64,000 bases of DNA from Candidatus Bacteroides merdigallinarum (GTDB lineage: Bacteria > Bacteroidota > Bacteroidia > Bacteroidales > Bacteroidaceae): NCBI GenBank assembly GCA_019116285.1, contig DXBX01000002.1, positions 4,417 to 68,416 of the forward strand. The letters run 5' to 3'. The position numbers were made by a program, and so were the translations under genes. Numbering within the stretch: the stretch's first letter is position 1; each line of letters starts with the position of its first letter. The notes beneath the pieces are model-generated. The model made no database searches and was not told where the DNA came from. It worked only from the letters and a program-made list of their open reading frames with translations. Below, in pieces: positions 1 through 7,618 of this stretch.

Positions 1-2438
1 GAGAAGTCTTTGCCGATATTGTCGTTCCAGCCAATGCCAAGTTCAATACCTTTGTTCACCACGTCACCACCATTAACCATGGCAGGTTCTTCGTAACCAA
101 GAATATCATTCATAGGAGCCTGAACTAACCAATCCTTCGTAGTTTTTTTATACCAATCAAAAGTCAAAGACAGACGACTAGCCAAGAAGCGGGCATCCAC
201 ACCAATGTTCAGCTGCTCAGAAGTTTCCCAAGTCACGTCCTCGTTGGGCACGTTGCGGGCGTATGCACCCGTGGTATAAACACCATTCACCGTATTCAGC
301 AGGTCACTGCTGAACTTGTAGCCATAGTCGGCGTAGTTCGTGGGCGAGAAGCCCATGTTGGAGAGGTAGTAGAAGTTACCAATGTTACAGTTACCGTTCT
401 GACCCCAGCTGGCGCGGATCTTGAAGTAGTCCAACCAAGACTGTGTGGATTCCATGAACTTTTCAGAAGTCACCACCCAACCGGCAGATACGGAGGGGAA
501 GTAACCCCAACGGTTGCCACGGGCGAAGTTGCTGGAACCATCGGCACGCATTGTCACGGTAGCCATGTATTTTTCCTTGTAGTTCCAGTTGACACGACCG
601 AAGAAAGAAGCGATGCTGCCTTGTCCCGGCGTATCCGTGCCAGAGTAACCCACAATATTAGAAAAGTTGCTCATAACGGCATAGTTCCAACCGTTAAGCA
701 CCAATGAATTCACATTACCCGAAGCATCGCGTGCCTGCATGGACATAGAAGTACTCCAATTGGACTTTTCAAAAGATTGTCCCACCATGACATCAATATT
801 ATGTCCGTTCAATTCGGGTAACGTATATGTAATGGTGTTATCTAATGCCATACTAGAGCTAGCACTTTGAGACTGCTGCAACTCATAACTATCACTAGAA
901 GCAGTACTGCTCACAGAGAAAGGTGTAGACTCGGAACGATAGTTACTGCCACTATAACCAGTATTAAGTTGACCTCTGTACTTCAAGCCCTTTATCGGTT
1001 CGATAATCCAGTATAAAGTGGCACCTACACCAAAGTTACGCGTACGATTCATTGATTGATACTGACCGTTCATAAATCCGTTCAACGGTTGCATGTAAAT
1101 CATGCTACTGTAACCTGCTCCATGAGTATTGTAACCGGTCAGATTACCATCCTCATCCCATGCTTCCACCAACGGAGAAGCTTGATAAGCATAGTTCATG
1201 ATATTCCATGAACCACTTCCTTCCGGCAAATCATGACTAGAATTATACCAATAAGAAACATTCTCACCCAAAGTAATAATACTGCGGTCATCATCGCCTT
1301 TCAATACAATATGCTCCGAATTGATACGACCACCATAACGGCTATAATCAGAAGCATTGTCACGTCCCATAATACCTTCGTTAGAACTGTAGTTGAAACT
1401 CATCGAGAATTTACTACGTTCTGAGCCACCTGTCACGCTGATAGAGTGGTTCATCTGCAAAGCATTCTTATTTTCATATTCTTTAAACCAGTCTGTACCT
1501 TGCCAACCGTTAGCCACTTTGTCAAGGATACGCTGTGGAACCAATGAAGCCCAGTTGGTAGCTGTGCCGTAGGTATTGAAGTTAGTTTCGTTGATTACCT
1601 GCATATATTGCTGGGCATTCAACAAGCCAGGCACCTTATAAGCATTTGACCAGCCAACATAACCATCATATTGCACAGTCAATTTACCCGCCTTACCTTG
1701 TTTTGTCGTTACCAGAATTACACCATTGGCAGCACGTGCACCATAGATGGCAGCGGATGCAGCGTCTTTCAAAATGTCAATGCTTTCAATATCATTCGGG
1801 TTCAAACTGTTCAGACCATCGTTGGCTGTACCACTATTGACACCATCGATAATCAGCAACGGAGAGGATTCACCGATAGTACCCACACCACGAATACTTA
1901 CTTTAAATCCCTTACCCGGCTGTGAAGAAGCTTGCGTAATCTGAACACCAGGCGAACTAGACTGCAAAGCAGACAAGGCATTAGTCGTATTCATTTTAGC
2001 AATTTCCTCACCTTTTACTTGCACCGTAGCACCAGTCACAAGTTTCTTCTTCATCGTACCATAACCTACGACCACTACTTCATCAAGCATTTCGGTATCC
2101 TCGGACATTGTAATATTATACACATTACGGTCGTCCACTACAATTTCCTGTGAGGTATAACCGATAAACGAAACTACCAATGTAGCACCCGGTTCCACCT
2201 CAATAGAGAAATTACCATCAATGTCAGTGATAACACCTTTGGTCGTACCTTTAATAAGAATGTTGGCACCAATGACCGGTCCCATAGCATCTGTGACTGT
2301 ACCCGTCACTTTCTTGGCCTGCTGCACGGCCTCTACTGCATCTATGGCAGATGCGGCGAAAAGTTGCGGTGTGTATCCCAGCGAGAATACTGAACATACG
2401 CCTGCAAGCAGCGCTGTCTTTCCAAAATTCAAATTCAT
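1..2438 (-). CDS. susC: SusC-like TonB-dependent transporter (3' end lies outside the window)
   Basis: Manual translation from ATG at 2438: MNLNFGKTALLAGVCSVFSLG...KVTGTVTDAMGPVIGANILIKGTTKGVITDIDGNFSI (CarboxypepD_reg-like N-terminus). Also SIDILKDAASAAIYGARAANGVILVTTK, RADGSSNF and LTWETSEQLNIGVD. The same frame holds at the window edge (NKGIELGIGWNDNIGKDF). It is absent from the ORF track because no stop codon lies in the window. Confidence 0.95.
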   Translation of the reverse strand, partial: MNLNFGKTALLAGVCSVFSLGYTPQLFAASAIDAVEAVQQAKKVTGTVTDAMGPVIGANILIKGTTKGVITDIDGNFSIEVEPGATLVVSFIGYTSQEIVVDDRNVYNITMSEDTEMLDEVVVVGYGTMKKKLVTGATVQVKGEEIAKMNTTNALSALQSSSPGVQITQASSQPGKGFKVSIRGVGTIGESSPLLIIDGVNSGTANDGLNSLNPNDIESIDILKDAASAAIYGARAANGVILVTTKQGKAGKLTVQYDGYVGWSNAYKVPGLLNAQQYMQVINETNFNTYGTATNWASLVPQRILDKVANGWQGTDWFKEYENKNALQMNHSISVTGGSERSKFSMSFNYSSNEGIMGRDNASDYSRYGGRINSEHIVLKGDDDRSIITLGENVSYWYNSSHDLPEGSGSWNIMNYAYQASPLVEAWDEDGNLTGYNTHGAGYSSMIYMQPLNGFMNGQYQSMNRTRNFGVGATLYWIIEPIKGLKYRGQLNTGYSGSNYRSESTPFSVSSTASSDSYELQQSQSASSSMALDNTITYTLPELNGHNIDVMVGQSFEKSNWSTSMSMQARDASGNVNSLVLNGWNYAVMSNFSNIVGYSGTDTPGQGSIASFFGRVNWNYKEKYMATVTMRADGSSNFARGNRWGYFPSVSAGWVVTSEKFMESTQSWLDYFKIRASWGQNGNCNIGNFYYLSNMGFSPTNYADYGYKFSSDLLNTVNGVYTTGAYARNVPNEDVTWETSEQLNIGVDARFLASRLSLTFDWYKKTTKDWLVQAPMNDILGYEEPAMVNGGDVVNKGIELGIGWNDNIGKDF

Positions 2439-2613
2439 ACTTGTATTTTTCTTAGATTAATAATTTGTCACAAGGTAAGTGTGACCTTACATACTTTCGG
2501 TTAAGTAATTTACAGCTTGTTGTTACATGGCATTATTCCTTCCTCATAAGCAATCTGTTTTTAAAGGGTTGTACATTCATGGCTCTTATGTATTTAACAT
2601 ATTTTCCAAGGGG

Positions 2614-2678
2614 CAAAATTACGGGGTTCTGCAATACGTTGTTTACACTATTTTATCAAAAAGCGATACTATCCATAC
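2614..2678 (-). promoter_or_regulatory. susC promoter (-7 box TAATTTTG) with tandem operator half-sites
   Basis: CAAAATTA at 2614-2621 reads TAnnTTTG on the minus strand. ACTATTTTATC at 2647-2657 and the degenerate ACTATCCATAC at 2668-2678 are 21 bp apart. Confidence 0.7.
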
Positions 2679-2729
2679 ATTTGATACATTTCGTGCACGT
2701 AACCCGATCCTTCTGTTCCGCCGAAAAAC

Positions 2730-3710
2730 TTATTTCTTTAACTCGGCACGCACCATGTGACCCCATTCCTTCACATCGTCTTCCTGCCACCGGCCTTCGG
2801 ATGAAGCCTTTGGCAACAGCATGGAGCAGGTTTCGTCCTTGTCCGAAATGGACCAGGCTGCCCAGCTGATGGAACGCCGGTCCATCCAGTCCACCCACTT
2901 GGCCCATTCCTCAGGATTGATGGGGCCGTCGCCGGAAGCCTCCATGCCCGCACATTCGGAAACAAAGAGTGGCAGGCCTTTGCCCAAGGCATAGTCGGCA
3001 CGGTCGCGCAACCACTGGCCATGCGTGGCGGCATAGAAATGGAGGGTGTACATCAGGTTCTTCTGCCCGGCAATGGGATTGTCTGCCGCCAAATGGATAT
3101 CCTGATCCCAATGCGGACAACCTACCAGGATGACGGCATCGGGCTCGACGGCACGGATGGCACGGATGACTTCTTCGGAATAGGCCTTCACCTGCTCCCA
3201 AGAATCCTCTACCGGTTCGTTGAAGATCTCATAGATGACATTGGGCACGCCTTTGTAGCGAGTGGCCATCTGCGTAAAGAAGGCTTTGGCCTCTTCGGTG
3301 CGGATACCGTGGCTGTGCCAGTCGATGATGACATAGACATTCTCGGCAATGGCGGCATCCACGATGGTCTGCACACACTTCAAGCCCAGTTCGGGATTGT
3401 CGAGATAGGCGCCTTCCAGTTCCACGCCCATCGACGCACGGAGCACTTGTGCCCCCCAGTCGCGTACCAGCCATTGGGCAGAAGAGGCGTTGTAGAAGCG
3501 CGGCCAGAATTGGTGCCAGCCGTAGCTGACACCGTGCAGGACAACAGTATCGCCCCGGGTGTTCATCAACTGTGTGCCTTTCACCACGAGGGCGGGCACG
3601 GTATTCTCCGCAGCGCCTTCTTCCGTAGCCTGCTGCTTGGGCTTGCTGCCGCAGGCGGCAACGAGGGCCGCGAGGCAGAGGGATAATGCGAGGGTCGGTA
3701 TTTGTTTCAT
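2730..3710 (-). CDS. GH5 (GH5_2-like) endo-beta-1,4-glucanase, lipoprotein
   Basis: Lipobox VAAC. Motifs IIDWH, YEIFNEP (acid/base), LHFYA, FVSE (nucleophile) and WAAWS. Confidence 0.9.
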   Translation of the reverse strand: MKQIPTLALSLCLAALVAACGSKPKQQATEEGAAENTVPALVVKGTQLMNTRGDTVVLHGVSYGWHQFWPRFYNASSAQWLVRDWGAQVLRASMGVELEGAYLDNPELGLKCVQTIVDAAIAENVYVIIDWHSHGIRTEEAKAFFTQMATRYKGVPNVIYEIFNEPVEDSWEQVKAYSEEVIRAIRAVEPDAVILVGCPHWDQDIHLAADNPIAGQKNLMYTLHFYAATHGQWLRDRADYALGKGLPLFVSECAGMEASGDGPINPEEWAKWVDWMDRRSISWAAWSISDKDETCSMLLPKASSEGRWQEDDVKEWGHMVRAELKK

Positions 3711-3721
3711 AATTCCTATTT

Positions 3722-5017
3722 CTACTTCAGTTTTTCATTCTCCGCCCGGATAATGGCAATCGTCGTGCTGTCCGATGCGAAGACGGAGTTCAAGCCTTGC
3801 TGTTCCTGGGCAGGGTCGCCGGTATAGTCATCGCCCCGCTCCCAATACTCGTGGGCCGGATTGGCAAAGCCGCCCCACGCCCAGAAATTGCAACCGGCAA
3901 AAAGACCGCCGCGCTCGCGCTCCTGACGGATGAGGTTGAACACATATTTATAATAGTCATCACGAGCCGTGGTGGGAACATCCTTGGCGAACTTGAAACC
4001 ATCGCGCGGGAAACCGAACTCCTCCAGGACAATAGGCTTGCGGTATTTACGGGCAATCTGCATATGGTCTTCCACATACTGCCGGGTATTCTCCTTGGCA
4101 CGGGGCAACAGTTCGGCGAGACTGTCGGCCTTGACCCATCCCCAGTTGTAGGGCCAGATGTGGATGGTCAGATAGCTGATGTTGGGGTCGGCGTGAACCT
4201 GCTCAAAGAGAGCGATATCATTTTCACTGCCGGCGGCACCCTCACTGCCGGAAGAAATCAAATGATTGGCATCCAGTGCACGGATCTGTGCGGCCACACG
4301 AGCCATCCAGCGGGCGAAAGGCGCCTTGCCCTCTTCGGAGAAGGCACGAGGCTCGTTACCGATCTGCCAGGACATCAAGGTGGGGTCTTCCGTGTACTTC
4401 AAGCCATTGTAGCGGTTAGTGCGGCGAACGATATAGTCCACGTGCTTGGCAAAGAGTGCCTGTGCGCTGTCTGACAACGCATATTGCTTGACATAATCCA
4501 TGAAGGCGGGCCAACCGTCAATGGCGGGCACCACGGCCTTGCCGTGTCCTGTCCATTGGAGATAAAGAGAATAACCACCGCTCCACTCCCAGGAGTTATT
4601 CAGGTAGAGGACAGCGGTCATGTCGCGCTTCTTCAGCTCGTTCATAAAGTAATCCAATCCGTCGAGGATGGTATCGTTATACACGCCCGGCTCCGTCTGC
4701 AAGGATGGTTCCACACGGGTCTTCACGCCATCGGGACCATCGGCACCCACCAGGACACGGAGGTTGTTGATACCAATGTCCTTCAGGAAGTCCAGTTCCT
4801 TGTGCAGACGTTCGCGGTCGCCACCCCGGCCGGTAGAACCAAGGATGGCTCCATACCAGAAGTTGGCACCTACATAATAATAAGGTTTCCCGTCGCGGAC
4901 GAATTGGCCGCTGTCATTGACGGTGATGAAAGTGTGTTCCGCCGGTGCCTGAGGCTTTGGGGAACAGGCCGCTACGACAAGGCCGAAGGCGGCGCAAAGA
5001 AAGAGAGCTGGTTTCAT
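3722..5017 (-). CDS. GH5 (GH5_7-like) beta-mannanase/beta-mannosidase, lipoprotein
   Basis: Lipobox VAAC. Motifs NNSWEWSGG, WQIGNEPR, TIHIWP, VLEEFG, NFWAWGG and the GDPAQEQQG loop typical of GH5_7 mannan-active enzymes. Confidence 0.88.
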   Translation of the reverse strand: MKPALFLCAAFGLVVAACSPKPQAPAEHTFITVNDSGQFVRDGKPYYYVGANFWYGAILGSTGRGGDRERLHKELDFLKDIGINNLRVLVGADGPDGVKTRVEPSLQTEPGVYNDTILDGLDYFMNELKKRDMTAVLYLNNSWEWSGGYSLYLQWTGHGKAVVPAIDGWPAFMDYVKQYALSDSAQALFAKHVDYIVRRTNRYNGLKYTEDPTLMSWQIGNEPRAFSEEGKAPFARWMARVAAQIRALDANHLISSGSEGAAGSENDIALFEQVHADPNISYLTIHIWPYNWGWVKADSLAELLPRAKENTRQYVEDHMQIARKYRKPIVLEEFGFPRDGFKFAKDVPTTARDDYYKYVFNLIRQERERGGLFAGCNFWAWGGFANPAHEYWERGDDYTGDPAQEQQGLNSVFASDSTTIAIIRAENEKLK

Positions 5018-5032
5018 AAATGATAATTTATT

Positions 5033-5139
5033 AGCTACGAGTTACAAGCTACGAGCTACGAGTAAAGTTACTTAGTTCTTGGTGTGTAGCTACTTGTAGC
5101 TCGTAGCTTGTCACTTGTAGCTGCGGGGCACCGCCCCGC
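5033..5139. repeat. Heptamer-based inverted repeat (31-bp arms) followed by a GC hairpin
   Basis: Left arm AGCTACG-AGTTACA-AGCTACG-AGCTACG-AGT (5033-5063) pairs with 5092-5122. GCGGGGC-ACC-GCCCCGC lies at 5123-5139. Confidence 0.85.
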
Positions 5140-5150
5140 TAAATTCCTAT

Positions 5151-6431
5151 TTATTCTATTCCTAATTGTTTCCGTATCCACGCCTGCCAGGCATCCCATT
5201 GTTCCTGGTACCAATAATGGCCGGTCTCCAGATAGGGATGGAGTTCCTTGGGGGCGGTGATGATGTTATAGGTGGCATACGTAGTGGTGGGGGGACATAC
5301 CTCGTCGTTGTAACCCCAACTGTACCAACCAGGCACACGGATGAAGCGGGCGAAGTTGGACGTGTCATAGTAGCGCAGTGTCTCGCGCACTTCCTTGTCC
5401 CGGTCACCGTAATAATAGAAGTAGTGGGGCCAGCCGCAGGCACGCTTCTGGAAGTAGGCTTCATGGTCGCACAAGGCAGGATGAACAGCAGCCAGGAAGG
5501 TGACACGCGGGTCAAGGGCAGCGGTGATGATGGACAAGGCACCGCCTTGGCTAGAGCCGGTAACGCCCAGTGCCTTGCCGTTGTACTGAGGCAAGGAACA
5601 AAGGAGGTCTACCCCCCGCAGGGCACCGACAATCACACGATTGTAGTAGAAGGCGTCGCGGTCATCGTAGCGGAAAGTCCAGTAGTTGTTGAGCGCACCG
5701 TTGGCCAAAGCATCGTAAACGGATTGTTCCATCGTAACAGGAATGCCATGGACACCGACCTCCAACGTAATGACTTTGCCGGGAGCGGTATAGGTGTCTC
5801 CCGTATAAGGACGGACGCCTGCGCCGGGCACGCGCAACAGAGCCGGATACTTGCCTTCCTTCTTGGGAATGCTGAGAATGCCATAGTAGCGGCCTCCCCC
5901 CGGCTTGACCTGGTAGCTGACCTGGTAGACATTGTCGGTCTCGGTGCAGCGTTCGGGCAGCAGCTCCATGACGGGGTTCAACGGAAGTTCACGGGCTTTC
6001 TTCAGGGTCTCGGCCCAGTAGGCCTGGAAGTCTTCGGGCAATTGGCTGAGGGGTTTCAGCCGGTCGGGGGCATAGGCAGCCGTGGCCAGTCCTTCGTAGG
6101 TCTTATCGCCCACATAGGCCTTCACCTTGCAGCGAAGGAAGCCGGGCGTCTTCATCGTGCTCCGGAGCTTCAAGGTTCCGTCTTTCAAGACCACCCCCTT
6201 CTTGGTCTCCGTGGGATACATCTCCGGACCCAGTTCGTAATCCACCCGGACATCCGGTAACAGGTTCTGGGCTTTCACTACCCGCACCGTGAAGGTACAA
6301 GGTTTATTCAGGTCATAAACCCAGTCGGTATGGTCGGGCGAGACCACCACCCGGATTTCGTTGCCACGTATCTGGGCACTCAGGAAGCAAAGGTGGCATA
6401 CGACGACCAACAACGATAAAATTCTCTTCAT
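5151..6431 (-). CDS. CE7 family acetyl esterase (acetylxylan/acetylmannan esterase), secreted
   Basis: Signal peptide MKRILSLLVVVCHLCFLSAQ. Start moved to 6431 because the -7 box lies at 6468-6475. Motifs GSSQGG nucleophile elbow, DEVCPP and GHY. Confidence 0.88.
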   Translation of the reverse strand: MKRILSLLVVVCHLCFLSAQIRGNEIRVVVSPDHTDWVYDLNKPCTFTVRVVKAQNLLPDVRVDYELGPEMYPTETKKGVVLKDGTLKLRSTMKTPGFLRCKVKAYVGDKTYEGLATAAYAPDRLKPLSQLPEDFQAYWAETLKKARELPLNPVMELLPERCTETDNVYQVSYQVKPGGGRYYGILSIPKKEGKYPALLRVPGAGVRPYTGDTYTAPGKVITLEVGVHGIPVTMEQSVYDALANGALNNYWTFRYDDRDAFYYNRVIVGALRGVDLLCSLPQYNGKALGVTGSSQGGALSIITAALDPRVTFLAAVHPALCDHEAYFQKRACGWPHYFYYYGDRDKEVRETLRYYDTSNFARFIRVPGWYSWGYNDEVCPPTTTYATYNIITAPKELHPYLETGHYWYQEQWDAWQAWIRKQLGIE

Positions 6432-6467
6432 GTCATGATATTTTTTGGTTTTACGTTTAGATGGATG

Positions 6468-6511
6468 CAAAAGTACGGAGTTCCCTCCAACGATAATGAT
6501 ACTATTTTATC
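6468..6511 (-). promoter_or_regulatory. CE7-GH5-GH5 operon promoter with operator
   Basis: CAAAAGTA (TACTTTTG) at 6468-6475 and ACTATTTTATC at 6501-6511. Confidence 0.7.
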
Positions 6512-6520
6512 TTATTACAA

Positions 6521-7408
6521 TCATATTACAACTTTCTTCTTCCGGTAGTTCTCACGGAATTCCTTTGGGGAGCAGCCTTTCTTGCGCTTGAACATACGGT
6601 TGAAGTTGGAGAGATTGTTGAAGCCGCAATCGTAGCAAATCTCCGCAATGGTACGCGAGGAATCTACCAGCAAGCGGGAGGCAAAGCCCAGGCGGATGTC
6701 GATGATGTAATCGGAAAGGGTCTTGCCGGTGCGCAGGCGGAAGAAGCGGCTGAAAGAGACGGGGGTCATGCCCACCATGTCGGACAACATGTTCAGGCGG
6801 ATTTCCTCGCGGTAGTGTTCGGAGATATACTTCTGCACCTTCTGCACGCGGCGGCTGTCCGAAAAGTTCTCTATCTTGGCAAAGGAAGAAGAGGCCAGCA
6901 CCCGTGCATCGTCGTAGAGAGAAAGCTCGTAAAGGATGGTGAGAAAGTCCAGCACGGCATAGAAGCCCTGCTCTTCGGAAGCGAGTTTGTCCAGGAGGTT
7001 GTAGACTTTCATGATGGCCTGCTGGGGGAAGCAGAGCCCGCACTGAGCCCGCTCAATCATGTGCCAGATGGAAGCCAACTGGTTCTTTTGCTCAAAATTC
7101 TTGGGGAAGGATTCGGGCGAGAACTGGATGGTGATTTCACGGATGTTGCGCGAAGTGCATTCGTGCTGCTCCCACACATGCTCCAAGTCTTTGCCCGTGA
7201 TGAGCACCAGGTCATAGTTGCCTATCACCTCGGAGGAATCGCCCACCACCCGACGTACGCCCGCAGCGTTTTCTACGAAGTTGAGTTCATACTCCGCATG
7301 GTAGTGGATGGGATAAGTAAAGTCCGACTTGCGACGGTCGGCAATATAAAAGAAGTCACGCTCGGATAAGGGCGTAATCTCCCGCATGATGAAATTCCGG
7401 TCTTCCAT
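6521..7408 (-). CDS. AraC-family transcriptional regulator (cupin plus double HTH)
   Basis: Cupin motif HYHAEYELNF and C-terminal FSRFF...IAEICYDCGFNNLSNFNRMFKRKKGCSPKEFR. Start MEDRN at 7408 is preferred, with the -7 box near 7439-7446. Confidence 0.92.
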   Translation of the reverse strand: MEDRNFIMREITPLSERDFFYIADRRKSDFTYPIHYHAEYELNFVENAAGVRRVVGDSSEVIGNYDLVLITGKDLEHVWEQHECTSRNIREITIQFSPESFPKNFEQKNQLASIWHMIERAQCGLCFPQQAIMKVYNLLDKLASEEQGFYAVLDFLTILYELSLYDDARVLASSSFAKIENFSDSRRVQKVQKYISEHYREEIRLNMLSDMVGMTPVSFSRFFRLRTGKTLSDYIIDIRLGFASRLLVDSSRTIAEICYDCGFNNLSNFNRMFKRKKGCSPKEFRENYRKKKVVI

Positions 7409-7537
7409 GATAGCTGTGGTTAAAATACTACATGGCTGCAAAGATAATGATTCTTTTTAATACACAAAACAAATCGGGGAAAAGAGAAACCATCATGAGA
7501 ATTTAAAAAAAGATAGGCCGGATCTCCCGAACACGAG

Positions 7538-7573
7538 CGCAGGTACCCGCGAGCAGAAGCGCGGGTACCTGCG
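7538..7573 (-). terminator. Hairpin downstream of the GH2 gene, inside a 21-bp-period degenerate repeat
   Basis: Inverted repeat CGCAGGTACCCGCG...CGCGGGTACCTGCG. No clear U-tract follows it. Confidence 0.5.
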
Positions 7574-7618
7574 AATATACACGCCGGTATCCTCCCGGAA
7601 ACGGCGCAAAGAGGATGC

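Noticed and set aside
2587-2601. TATGT-ATTTA-ACATA as a site for the global regulator Cur/BT4338
   Set aside because: It is one base shorter than the consensus I recall (TATGTTnTAnAACATA) and lies downstream of the -7 box in AT-rich DNA, so it is not supportable.
2439-2729. Invertible (phase-variable) susC promoter
   Set aside because: No inverted repeats flank the -7 box and no recombinase gene is in the window.
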